64,000 nt of DNA, from positions 9,115 to 73,114 of the forward strand of contig JAKSLY010000008.1 of assembly GCA_024400955.1 (NCBI GenBank). The letters are read 5' to 3'. Below are positions 55,710 through 64,000 of the stretch, in pieces. The DNA is from Treponema sp. (GTDB lineage: Bacteria > Spirochaetota > Spirochaetia > Treponematales > Treponemataceae). Positions within the stretch are counted from its first letter, which is position 1; each line of letters starts with the position of its first letter. The translations under genes were made by a program, and so were the position numbers. Under the pieces are notes generated by a model that was not told the DNA's origin, did no database searches, and saw nothing but the letters and a program-made list of their open reading frames with translations.

Positions 55710-56735
55710 TTACCTTATCTCCACGCAGCCGTAGGGTTCATCCTCAAAGGCAAGGAAATTTTCAATGTACTGCCTGGCCTGAGCATTTATGGAAGAAATG
55801 CGCTTTCCTTTTGCCAGCGGATCAACATAGCGGCGCTTTACATTTAGGCTTACGCACCAGCATCCTTCCAGGGGAACGCTGCTTCTCCTGATGGTGGTCA
55901 TGGTTCTGTAGGCATGGAAGAGCCTTGAAAAAGTGCAGTCGGCCCTGGATGACGAGCATTCCTCAAGGTGTCGGATGAATTCCCTTTCCGAAAGACGGTA
56001 GTAATCATCAGGTTTTACAAATCCTTCCGATTCAGCATGGGTCAGTATGTCTGCCATCAGCTGCATTGCAACCTTGTCTTCGTTACGCTGCAATATCATG
56101 CTTATGTCTATGAACTTCTTCATGTAGGTCAATGCCGCTTCCTCGTCGTCAAACCCCAGTTCCGGAATTCCCCTTTCATTTTGCGTGACCACAATGTGGC
56201 TGTAGTTTTCCCTTATGTTTTCAAGGTTCCAGATTTCTGCAAGGGATGCCCCGCTTGGATACATGTATTCAAGGCGGTCTGCACTAAGGCCGGGCATGCT
56301 GTTGTCGCACACGGGGTACTTGTGGTAGTCGTTGACCTGTTCTTTTGAAAGTCCGTCGCTGGCAAGAAGTTCCCCAAGGCTTTCGTCACCATCTATCATC
56401 TTCTGATTGAGGTCTTCGGTGCTGCTTTGGGTAAGGGCGTCACCGTTCTTGAAGTCCGTCACGTGGCTGAAGGCAGGGGTTGAAATGTCGTGGAGCAGTG
56501 ATGCTATGGTCTGCGCCTTGTCGCGGGTAAAGTTCCACGTAAGCAGGGCGGTTCCAAGGGAATGGTCGAAGCGTGAATACCAGAACCTGTTGTTAAAAAG
56601 TGGAGTCCAGTCCGTTCCGCACAAAAGCCCGATTCCCTTAAGCCGCTTAAGGCAGTCCAGTTCAAGGTAGGGCGCTATGAACTCCGGAATTTCTCCTGAG
56701 AGGATTGAATGGTATTCCCTTGCAAAATCAGCCAT
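55710..56735 (-). CDS. HD-domain phosphohydrolase
   Basis: SRFDHSLG, LLHDISTPAFSH and LSADRLEY. Start 56735 is 6 nt after TACACT. Confidence 0.85.
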   Translation of the reverse strand: MADFAREYHSILSGEIPEFIAPYLELDCLKRLKGIGLLCGTDWTPLFNNRFWYSRFDHSLGTALLTWNFTRDKAQTIASLLHDISTPAFSHVTDFKNGDALTQSSTEDLNQKMIDGDESLGELLASDGLSKEQVNDYHKYPVCDNSMPGLSADRLEYMYPSGASLAEIWNLENIRENYSHIVVTQNERGIPELGFDDEEAALTYMKKFIDISMILQRNEDKVAMQLMADILTHAESEGFVKPDDYYRLSEREFIRHLEECSSSRADCTFSRLFHAYRTMTTIRRSSVPLEGCWCVSLNVKRRYVDPLAKGKRISSINAQARQYIENFLAFEDEPYGCVEIR

Positions 56736-56791
56736 GGCCATAGTGTATCACATCCTGCGTTTTTTTTATATAATGCAAGGGGAGTTTGAAA

Positions 56792-57553
56792 ATGGAATAC
56801 AAGCAGTATCACGAAATCAAGGAAGGGAACAAGATATTTCACTGGCAGGAAAACGTTTACTTTAGCCAGGCCAATGCCTACAGGTTTTTGAGCATTCATG
56901 AGCTTTTGAAAATATCTTCTGACATTGCAGTTGAAGACTACCGCCAGCAGGGAATGTCCCGTGAGTTCCTCAAGGAAAAGGGATATGGAATTCTCGTTTC
57001 GCGGGTTGCATACAGGATCCATAAGATGCCGGAGGAAAACCAGGCCATAGAGCTCGTTACCTGGGAAGAAAAGCCGGAGCCCCTTCAGCTTTGCCGATGC
57101 TATAAATTTCTCGACATGGATGGCAATGTCCTCATCAGCGGAAGGTCCACATGGCTTGTCGTTGACATCAATGCAAGAAGGATGATGCCGTCAAAGAAAT
57201 TCACCCTAAGGCCGGATCCTCTCCTGAAGGAAGATTTCGATGCACCTGTTCCAGGCAAAATCGTTCCGCCTGCAGACATGGAACTTTGGGACACGAGAAA
57301 GATCAGGTTCTCCGACCTGGATGCAAACGGCCACACGACAAACTCAAGGTACAGCGCTTTTATCGAGGATGTTCTTCCGGAAGAATACAGGTCAAAGGTT
57401 CCTGTTGAATTCAGGATCAATTTTTCAAAGGAAGCAATGCTCGACAGCGAGCTTAAGATTTACGGAAAGATTTCTGAAGACGGAAAAAAGATTACGGTTA
57501 CGGGGCAGACTTCGGAAGGGCTGTCCTTTGAGTCGGAAATTTACTACGCCTGA
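56792..57553 (+). CDS. acyl-ACP thioesterase
   Basis: ELVTW, STWLVVD, RFSDLDANGHTTNSRY and INFSKE; GGAG RBS. Confidence 0.88.
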   Translation: MEYKQYHEIKEGNKIFHWQENVYFSQANAYRFLSIHELLKISSDIAVEDYRQQGMSREFLKEKGYGILVSRVAYRIHKMPEENQAIELVTWEEKPEPLQLCRCYKFLDMDGNVLISGRSTWLVVDINARRMMPSKKFTLRPDPLLKEDFDAPVPGKIVPPADMELWDTRKIRFSDLDANGHTTNSRYSAFIEDVLPEEYRSKVPVEFRINFSKEAMLDSELKIYGKISEDGKKITVTGQTSEGLSFESEIYYA

Positions 57554-57600
57554 TGGCAATTCTTTGTCCTGTTTTCAAGACTGAACTTTAAAAATAAAAA

Positions 57601-57624
57601 TCCGGGGGAAAATCAGCCCCCGGA
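57601..57624. terminator. hairpin between convergent genes
   Basis: TCCGGGGG-aaaatcag-CCCCCGGA with an A-run on the left. Confidence 0.6.
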
Positions 57625-57657
57625 ATTGCGGCGTGTCAGGCCGTTACACCCAACTTT

Positions 57658-58011
57658 CTAGCAGAACTGCCTGATGACGTCGATGACCTTCTGCTGTGTT
57701 TCCTGAATTGCATTTACGCCTTCAGTGGCACCTGCCAGGTCTCCTGCCCTAAGCTGCTCCGTGATTTTTGCATAGGCTTCAAAAAGAGGCTTGATGGAAA
57801 GGTTTCCCATGTTACCCTTGAGGGTATGGGCCTTCTGGATTGCACCGTCAACGTTTCCTGCCTGAATTTCAGGGATGACGTCCTTGTTCTTTTCAATATA
57901 TTCAGGAACCTTCTTGAGCATCATTTCGAGAAGCTGCCTGTTTCCCATGAAGCGTGTAAGGGCTTCGTTTGTATCAAGACCAAGCGGTTCCAGTTCTTCA
58001 AATAAATCCAT
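57658..58011 (-). CDS. stand-alone Hpt (histidine phosphotransfer) protein
   Basis: ALTRFMGN and AHTLKGNMGNL. Confidence 0.88.
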   Translation of the reverse strand: MDLFEELEPLGLDTNEALTRFMGNRQLLEMMLKKVPEYIEKNKDVIPEIQAGNVDGAIQKAHTLKGNMGNLSIKPLFEAYAKITEQLRAGDLAGATEGVNAIQETQQKVIDVIRQFC

Positions 58012-58130
58012 TTTTTTTCTCCCTTAAAAAAGTGGGCCGCCACATGCGAATGCAATGGCAGCATCACTGCATCATTCTACTATTATCGGCATGTTCCGGA
58101 AAAACCATTACACCCGACCCTGTTTCGTTC

Positions 58131-59552
58131 TTATTCCTTTCCGTTCCAGCAGTAGGTGCACAGCTTGCAGTGGTCAAGCCCCGTGCTGTCCAGCATGTCG
58201 TCAAGGCGGTGGAAGCGGAGTGTCGTAAAGTGCAGCTGCTTGCGGATTTCTTCCAGCATCTTTGCATATTCCGGAGTGTCCGGGTCGCAGTATTTTGCAA
58301 GAACTTCATCGCTTACGTTTTCACCTTCAAACTGGCGCACTACGCGGCGGGCGATAAGGTCCATCTCAGACTTTGAGCGGCTAAAGTTAAGGTACTTGCA
58401 GCCGAACATGATTGGCGGGCAGGCTGGGCGCACGTGAACTTCCTTTGCTCCGCTTTCGTAGAGGAAGTCCGTTGTTTCCCTGAGCTGGGTTCCGCGAACG
58501 ATGGAATCGTCAATGAGGAGGATGCTCCTGTCCTTGATGAGCTGCTGAACCGGAATCAGCTTCATGTGTGCAATAAGGTTGCGCTGGTTCTGGTTTGTGG
58601 GCATGAATGAACGTGGCCATGTTGGAGTGTACTTGATGAATGGGCGTGTAAATGGAATGCCCGACTGGTTTGCATAACCTACGGCGTGGGCTGTTCCAGA
58701 ATCCGGAACGCCTGCAACGCAGTCCGGCTTGATGTTGTTTTCTGCATCGCGCTTTGCAAGGTATGCACCGCAGTTGTAGCGCATCTGTTCAACGTTGACG
58801 CTTTCGTAGCATGCCGTTGGGTATCCGTAGTAAATCCAGAGGAACGTGCAGATCTTCATCTTGTCGCCAGGCTTCTGGATCTGTTCAATCTTTTCCGGTG
58901 TAACAAAAACAATTTCGCCAGGTCCAAGTTCCTTGTGGTCCTTGTAGCCCAGGTTGATGTATGCGTGGCTTTCAAAGCTAAGGCAGAATCCGTCGTCTTC
59001 CTTCTTTCCGATCATGAGCGGTGTGCGTCCAAGTTTGTCGCGTGCACCGTAGATTCCTTCCTTGGTCATTACAAGCATGGTGATGGAACCCTTGATCTTT
59101 TCCTGGACGTTCTTGATTCCTTCTGCAATGGTGTTCTTCTGGTTGATGAGGGCAACTATGAGTTCCGTCTGGTTGATTTCTCCGCCGGACATTTCAAGGA
59201 AGTGGGTCTTTGATGCGTCGAGGATTCCCTGTACAAGTTCATCCTTGTTTGTAACGATGCCGACAGTGGTGATGGCAAAGGAACCCAGGTGGCTGTGGAC
59301 AAGGAGAGGCTGTGCTTCGTAGTCGGAAATGCATCCGATGCCAAGCTTGCCGTGCATGTTGTTGATGTCGCTGTCAAATTTCGTTCTGAATGGAGAATTG
59401 GAAATGTTGTGAATGGAACGTTCAAATGTTCCGTCGTCCTTCAGAACTGCAAGACCGCCCCTGCGTGTGCCAAGGTGCGAGTGATAGTCAACGCCAAAGA
59501 ACAAGTCCAGCGAACAGTCGCTTTTAGATGCAACTCCAAAAATTCCGCCCAT
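58131..59552 (-). CDS. purF: amidophosphoribosyltransferase (Cys1-to-Gly variant)
   Basis: ARDKLGRTPL, GVPDSG, IDDSIVRGTQ, ACPP and CTYCWNG; N-terminus is MGGIFG. Confidence 0.9.
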   Translation of the reverse strand: MGGIFGVASKSDCSLDLFFGVDYHSHLGTRRGGLAVLKDDGTFERSIHNISNSPFRTKFDSDINNMHGKLGIGCISDYEAQPLLVHSHLGSFAITTVGIVTNKDELVQGILDASKTHFLEMSGGEINQTELIVALINQKNTIAEGIKNVQEKIKGSITMLVMTKEGIYGARDKLGRTPLMIGKKEDDGFCLSFESHAYINLGYKDHKELGPGEIVFVTPEKIEQIQKPGDKMKICTFLWIYYGYPTACYESVNVEQMRYNCGAYLAKRDAENNIKPDCVAGVPDSGTAHAVGYANQSGIPFTRPFIKYTPTWPRSFMPTNQNQRNLIAHMKLIPVQQLIKDRSILLIDDSIVRGTQLRETTDFLYESGAKEVHVRPACPPIMFGCKYLNFSRSKSEMDLIARRVVRQFEGENVSDEVLAKYCDPDTPEYAKMLEEIRKQLHFTTLRFHRLDDMLDSTGLDHCKLCTYCWNGKE

Positions 59553-59622
59553 AGTTTTTTACCTTCCAAAAAATGAATTGCGAAAACCTTCCGATAGCCC
59601 CGGGGCTTCAGAGAGCTTCCAT

Positions 59623-60894
59623 TTATATTATCTGCCTTGTGGCAAAAATAATGCTGTTTCCGTTTGAGCCACTGAAGAAGATCCACTCGCTGGTGGTTTC
59701 CTCCATGCCCATGTGGAGCATCGGTTTTGACTTGAACCGCATCCTGTAGGCCTTGCTGCCCTCAAGTTTTTTGGCAACCGTCTCCATGTCGCAGTCCTTC
59801 ATGAACTGCTCGTACTGGTCGTCGCGTACGTACTTCCTTCCAAAAATCACCCTGTTGGTCTGGAAGTTTCCTCCGCTCAAAAGGAGGGTGATTTCTTCCG
59901 GCAGTCCGTTGTTCCTGTAGAAAAAGGTCTTGTAGTCCGTCCTGTTTATGATTGCGATGCAGGTGAACTCTGAGCAAAGGCCGCTAAGGATTTCCAGCTC
60001 GTTGACAACGCTGCGCTTGAAGTCCGGGTGGTTCATGTAGAACTTTGTCTTTTCCGTGTACATCATGTCCTCGGCCCGGTTGACGGTGTGGTTCAATGGT
60101 TCCGGCGTGTCGCAAAACCAGTAGCCTACGGAAGCAAGTGGAACTTCCATTTCTGAAAGGTACCTGGTCATCTGTCTTGCGCGGAACAGGAAGTCGGTTT
60201 TGTCTGCATCGGGCATTATGACAATGAACTCGTCTCCACCCGTGCGGTAGCAAAAATCCTTTGGGAAAAAGTCCGTAAGGATCTGGGCATAGTCCAGTAT
60301 CATCTGGCTGCCGGCATCGTGGCCTTTGGTGTCGTTGCAAAGCTTGAGCCCGTTTATGTCCGAGAAGAGAACGCCAGTGTTGCTCATCATTATGGAAGAA
60401 TTGGCCGTGCACATCTTCTTGTATGCAAGGAAATTGTTCAGGTCCGTAAGGGAATCGTGATGGATGGTGTGTTCAAGGTGGTTCTTGTATTCAAGTTCTT
60501 TTGAATAGTAATCGTGGATGTCGCTTACATAAAGGATGACATGGGGGTCTGCCGGTCCAAAATTCTCGACGGGAAGAATTTCCACCAGCGCCCACCTGTA
60601 GCTGTCTCCGCTTCTTCTCCTGTACCTGAGGGAAAGTGGTGTGCTGTCCTTTTCAAAGTGTTCTTTTATGGAAGAAATTAAATTGAATTCCTTAAAGGCC
60701 TGGGCATCATCGGGGTGCACTCCGCCTTTTTTTGTAAAGTCTATGATCCAGGAAGAAAATTTGCTGTATTCAACGGTGTCGTCCTTGGATTCGATGCAGA
60801 CATGGCTGTCCTGATCAAGGTTTACCTTAAGGATCTTAAAGTAATTGCGTTTGAGCAGCTTCATTGCATCTTCAAAGGAAACGATGTCTTCCAT
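59623..60894 (-). CDS. cytoplasmic diguanylate cyclase (PAS-like + GGDEF)
   Basis: HDSLTDLNN, SDINGLK, NDTKGHDAG and YRTGGDEF. Confidence 0.88.
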   Translation of the reverse strand: MEDIVSFEDAMKLLKRNYFKILKVNLDQDSHVCIESKDDTVEYSKFSSWIIDFTKKGGVHPDDAQAFKEFNLISSIKEHFEKDSTPLSLRYRRRSGDSYRWALVEILPVENFGPADPHVILYVSDIHDYYSKELEYKNHLEHTIHHDSLTDLNNFLAYKKMCTANSSIMMSNTGVLFSDINGLKLCNDTKGHDAGSQMILDYAQILTDFFPKDFCYRTGGDEFIVIMPDADKTDFLFRARQMTRYLSEMEVPLASVGYWFCDTPEPLNHTVNRAEDMMYTEKTKFYMNHPDFKRSVVNELEILSGLCSEFTCIAIINRTDYKTFFYRNNGLPEEITLLLSGGNFQTNRVIFGRKYVRDDQYEQFMKDCDMETVAKKLEGSKAYRMRFKSKPMLHMGMEETTSEWIFFSGSNGNSIIFATRQII

Positions 60895-60934
60895 ATTAGA
60901 GATAATAGTTTATTTATGCTTAAAAATCCATACC

Positions 60935-62125
60935 TTAAAGGATTGTGTCCAGGGTCTGGTGCACTTTCAGGTGTTCCAGGATGGAGCTTCTTTTTTTGCA
61001 TGCTGAATTCAAATTCTTTTCCCCTTTCCTTAGCACTGCCCGGATCAGAAGGTTTTTTGGCGTTCCCTCCATGTCTATGAATTCAAGGAGCTGAACCGAA
61101 TATCCCCTGGATTCAAGAAGTTCTGCGCGGACGGCATCAGTTGCAAGGGCAGCAAAACGTTCCCGCAGGATTCCGTACTTCATGATGGGGGCAAGGGCGT
61201 CTTCCGGTGCCACGGTGGATTTTCCGATCTGGCTGTTGATCTCATGCTGGCAGCAGGGAACCGAAAGAATTGCGGCGGCCCCACGCTTTACTGCATAGTC
61301 CAGGGCATAGTCCGTGGCAGTGTCGCATGCGTGCAACGTGATGATGATGTCAGGATTCTGGCTGCCTTCGTATTCAGCAATGTCGCCGATTTTAAAGTTC
61401 AGGTTCCTGTAGCCTGATTTTTCTGCAAGGGCCTGGCAGTTTCTGATGACGTCTTCCTTAAGGTCAAGGCCCGTAATCTGCACCGGTATGTGCCTGAGTT
61501 CCACAAGAAAATAGTAGACTGCAAAGGTAAGGTAGCTTTTGCCCGACCCAAAGTCAATGATGCGCAGGGGACGTTCTTCCGTAAAGTCAGTTCCATCAGC
61601 TGCAATGCGCCTTACGTCTTCCAGGATGTCGTCTATGAATTCAAGGAAGCGGTTTATCTGCCGGAACTTGTCGTAACGCCTTGAAACGATTTTCCCTTCC
61701 TTCGTAAAGACCCCAAGTTCTTCCATGAAGGGAATTGCAGTGCCTTCTTCTATTATATAGTTCTTTTTTTTCTGCCCCTGCTGAATTGAATTAAGGTTGC
61801 CCCTGCTTTCCGTTTTTTTCACGAGGGTGCGGACCTGGCCCTTCTTGTTTGCAAGTATTGTCTTTTCTTCCGATTCCGTGGTGACGATGCAGTTCTTGAA
61901 GGATGTGCCTGCGTGGTTTTCTATGAATTCCTCCACGTCCTTTTCCGACATGTTTTTTGTAAAGCACTGTTTTTCCGTAAAGAATTCACCCTGGTATGGT
62001 GCCCTGCCTTTAAGGGCTTGGGGATTTTTTCTTATGCGGATCTTGATGTATGGCCTTTCCAGGGCAACTGCCGGATCTTGTGATGGCTGTCTTGAAGGCT
62101 TTGAAAAAACTGCGGAAATTATCAT
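60935..62125 (-). CDS. SAM-dependent methyltransferase (Methyltransf_32-like)
   Basis: KFRQINRFLE, IDFGSGKSYL, LHACDTATD, VPCCQHE and TPKN. Confidence 0.85.
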   Translation of the reverse strand: MIISAVFSKPSRQPSQDPAVALERPYIKIRIRKNPQALKGRAPYQGEFFTEKQCFTKNMSEKDVEEFIENHAGTSFKNCIVTTESEEKTILANKKGQVRTLVKKTESRGNLNSIQQGQKKKNYIIEEGTAIPFMEELGVFTKEGKIVSRRYDKFRQINRFLEFIDDILEDVRRIAADGTDFTEERPLRIIDFGSGKSYLTFAVYYFLVELRHIPVQITGLDLKEDVIRNCQALAEKSGYRNLNFKIGDIAEYEGSQNPDIIITLHACDTATDYALDYAVKRGAAAILSVPCCQHEINSQIGKSTVAPEDALAPIMKYGILRERFAALATDAVRAELLESRGYSVQLLEFIDMEGTPKNLLIRAVLRKGEKNLNSACKKRSSILEHLKVHQTLDTIL

Positions 62126-62224
62126 GGCTTTAGTATATTAAAAAAATCGGGTTTTGCCATCTGTGGCCAGGGGTTGATGATTTGGAAAATTGAATATTTT
62201 TTAACCTGGGTTTACAATTGAGGA

Positions 62225-62878
62225 ATGGAAGTTGAATACGTTGTAAATGAAGGCGGAACTTCAGGTTCTGCTGGCGGTGAAACCAGGGATGAAAATTTCA
62301 TTCTTCCCGAAACGGAAAAGGCCATCAATGCCATCATCGGGGAATTCCAGATTTTCTTTTATGCATCCCGCCTTGTGCTTCAGGTGGTCTACCTTGTCTA
62401 CCTGGGTTTTCGCATCTGGTTCAGGGACCAGCTTTTTGTTCCCTCCGTGGTCATGCTTGCAATCTGCGTCGTGCAGCTTTTCTTCCTTCTCGGTGGAATC
62501 AAGAAGCGCCGCATGAATCCGGTCTTTGCCTGGATCTTCAGGATTTCAAGGAGAATCGTTTCCCTGTCCATTGCAGCCATCATCTTCTTTGACGTGTTCA
62601 TTGCAAAGGACATCATTTCCCGCTGGCAGGGCATCATTGCCGTTCTCATCTGCCTTGGATGGATCCTGTCCCTTTCCGGCGATGTCTTTGAGATGACGGT
62701 GCCACGCTATGCAAGGATGATCCTGGATTCCTTCAAGAGGGACATTGAGATTTCTTCCCTTGCCAGCCGCAGTTTTGACAGGGTTAAGAAGGCCGCAGGA
62801 AAGGCTGCACGCGAAAAGACCAGGGAAAAGCTCCGCAGCCTTAAGAACTGGTTCCACGACGTAATGTGGATGGAATAG
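62225..62878 (+). CDS. hypothetical four-TM membrane protein
   Basis: Four hydrophobic segments; TACAAT 6 nt before the ATG. Confidence 0.65.
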   Translation: MEVEYVVNEGGTSGSAGGETRDENFILPETEKAINAIIGEFQIFFYASRLVLQVVYLVYLGFRIWFRDQLFVPSVVMLAICVVQLFFLLGGIKKRRMNPVFAWIFRISRRIVSLSIAAIIFFDVFIAKDIISRWQGIIAVLICLGWILSLSGDVFEMTVPRYARMILDSFKRDIEISSLASRSFDRVKKAAGKAAREKTREKLRSLKNWFHDVMWME

Positions 62879-62945
62879 GCTGGGAATTTCCAAATGCAGT
62901 TATAAAATTGCAATTTTTAGAGGTTATCTATATAATGGAAGAACT

Positions 62946-63701
62946 ATGGGTAAGGTATACGTTTTTGTAAATCAGAAGGGTGGGGTAGGAAAAACTACAT
63001 CTGCAATCAACATCGGTGCATACATAGCAGAGGCCGGAAAAAAGGTTTTGCTCGTTGACTTTGACAGCCAGGGCAACATGTCTTCCGGCGTGGGCGTCAG
63101 CAAAAAGAAGCCTACGATTTACGAGCTTATGGCCGGTCAGTCTTCAATAGAAGAAACTATCAAGCATGCAAAGGTCAAGAACCTTGATGTCATTAGTGCA
63201 TCCATCGATCTCTCCGGTGCTGCCATTGAGCTTGTTGACCAGGAAAACCGTGAGTTCTTCCTTAAGAATGCCATTGCTCCGGTGCGCGACAAGTACGACT
63301 ACATTCTCATCGACTGTCCGCCGTCCCTTGGCCTTCTTACGCTTAACGGCCTTGCAGCTGCGGATGCTGTTCTTGTTCCAATGCAGTGTGAATATTTTGC
63401 CCTTGAGGGAATCACGCTCCTTCTTCAGTCCGTAAAGGAAGTCCAGAAGGGAATCAACAAGGACCTTGTCATCGGCGGAATTTTCTTTACCATGTATGAC
63501 AGCCGCACACGCCTTGCCCAGGATGTTGTAATGCAGGTAAAAAGCTATTTCAAGGATGTGGTTTTCAATACAATCATTCCTAGGAACGTAAGGCTTTCGG
63601 AAGCACCTTCCCATGGAGAACCAATCTGCCTTTACGACCCTAACTGTATCGGCGCTAAAAGCTACAAGAAACTTGCAGAAGAGGTGATCAGCCGTGGCTA
63701 A
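62946..63701 (+). CDS. parA: chromosome partitioning ATPase ParA/Soj
   Basis: NQKGGVGKTT, DFDSQGN, IDCPPSLG, PMQCEYFALEG and IPRNVRLSEAPSHG. Confidence 0.95.
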   Translation: MGKVYVFVNQKGGVGKTTSAINIGAYIAEAGKKVLLVDFDSQGNMSSGVGVSKKKPTIYELMAGQSSIEETIKHAKVKNLDVISASIDLSGAAIELVDQENREFFLKNAIAPVRDKYDYILIDCPPSLGLLTLNGLAAADAVLVPMQCEYFALEGITLLLQSVKEVQKGINKDLVIGGIFFTMYDSRTRLAQDVVMQVKSYFKDVVFNTIIPRNVRLSEAPSHGEPICLYDPNCIGAKSYKKLAEEVISRG

Positions 63702-64000
63702 GGGATTGGGAAAGGGCCTCGGGGCCTTGATGGCAGAAAGCGAAGAGGAAGATGTTGTCGAGACAACTGGCGTTCAGATAAAGGAAGTGCAGTCTGCATC
63801 TTCTCCAAAGGCTTCAAACCTTCCCCTTGGAATTACCCAGGATGAAGACGGAACCTTGTGGGTTGACCCAAATCTTTTAAAGCCAAATCCCCGTCAGCCG
63901 CGTACGTATTTTGATGAAGAAAAGCTTGCTGAACTTACGGAATCCGTCCGCCGCGAAGGAATCCTTTCGCCTGTGATCATTGAGGATGCAGGGGATGGAA
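63694..64000 (+). CDS. parB: ParB/Spo0J partition protein (5' part, runs off the window)
   Basis: GTG start overlapping the parA end: MAKGLGKGLGALM...KPNPRQPRTYFDEEKLAELTESVRREGILSP. Confidence 0.9.
   Translation, partial: MAKGLGKGLGALMAESEEEDVVETTGVQIKEVQSASSPKASNLPLGITQDEDGTLWVDPNLLKPNPRQPRTYFDEEKLAELTESVRREGILSPVIIEDAGDG

Noticed and set aside
1-64000. Numerous overlapping or antisense ORFs in the six-frame track (e.g. 873-1418, 10997-11674, 13961-14671, 17560-18450, 51303-51986)
   Set aside because: They are shadows of well-supported genes on the other strand or frame, with no motifs or RBS.
62879-64000. parS site near parA-parB
   Set aside because: No TGTTTCACGTGAAACA-like palindrome was noticed in the window.

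Overview
This is a 64 kb chromosomal segment of an anaerobic spirochaete, most likely Treponema. That assignment is inferred from gene content, spirochaete-type lipoproteins and the parA-parB gene pair. Most of the window is housekeeping: trmJ-like, rsmE, S41 protease, lgt, dat-ddc, ldhA, mnmA, purH, oppA, ygiQ-like, purF, parA/parB, two GGDEF proteins and an adenylate cyclase. Two visibly AT-rich accessory islands interrupt it. Island 1 (about 21421-28544) sits between a methyltransferase gene and purH and is bracketed by a 12-bp direct repeat. It holds an IS1595-family transposase, an array of orphan genes punctuated by six copies of a CGnnATTATCCC IS-end-like motif (two as abutted back-to-back junctions), and an XRE-HTH / ImmA-IrrE protease / PIN-like operon. 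Next to it, the last 11 codons of purH are duplicated in synonymously recoded form, a scar consistent with site-specific integration. Island 2 (about 32860-37490) carries an AAA+/DUF4143 ATPase, a Sau3AI-like type II restriction-modification pair and a probable HsdS-like remnant. Other notable signals are an unannotated 19-aa leader ORF ending Glu-Pro-stop with alternative hairpins upstream of the dat-ddc polyamine genes, a PurF lacking its catalytic Cys1, a degenerate sigma54 activator, several multi-hairpin intergenic elements and many apparently leaderless genes. No rRNA, tRNA or CRISPR array was recognised. All calls come from reading motifs by eye; no database search was run.
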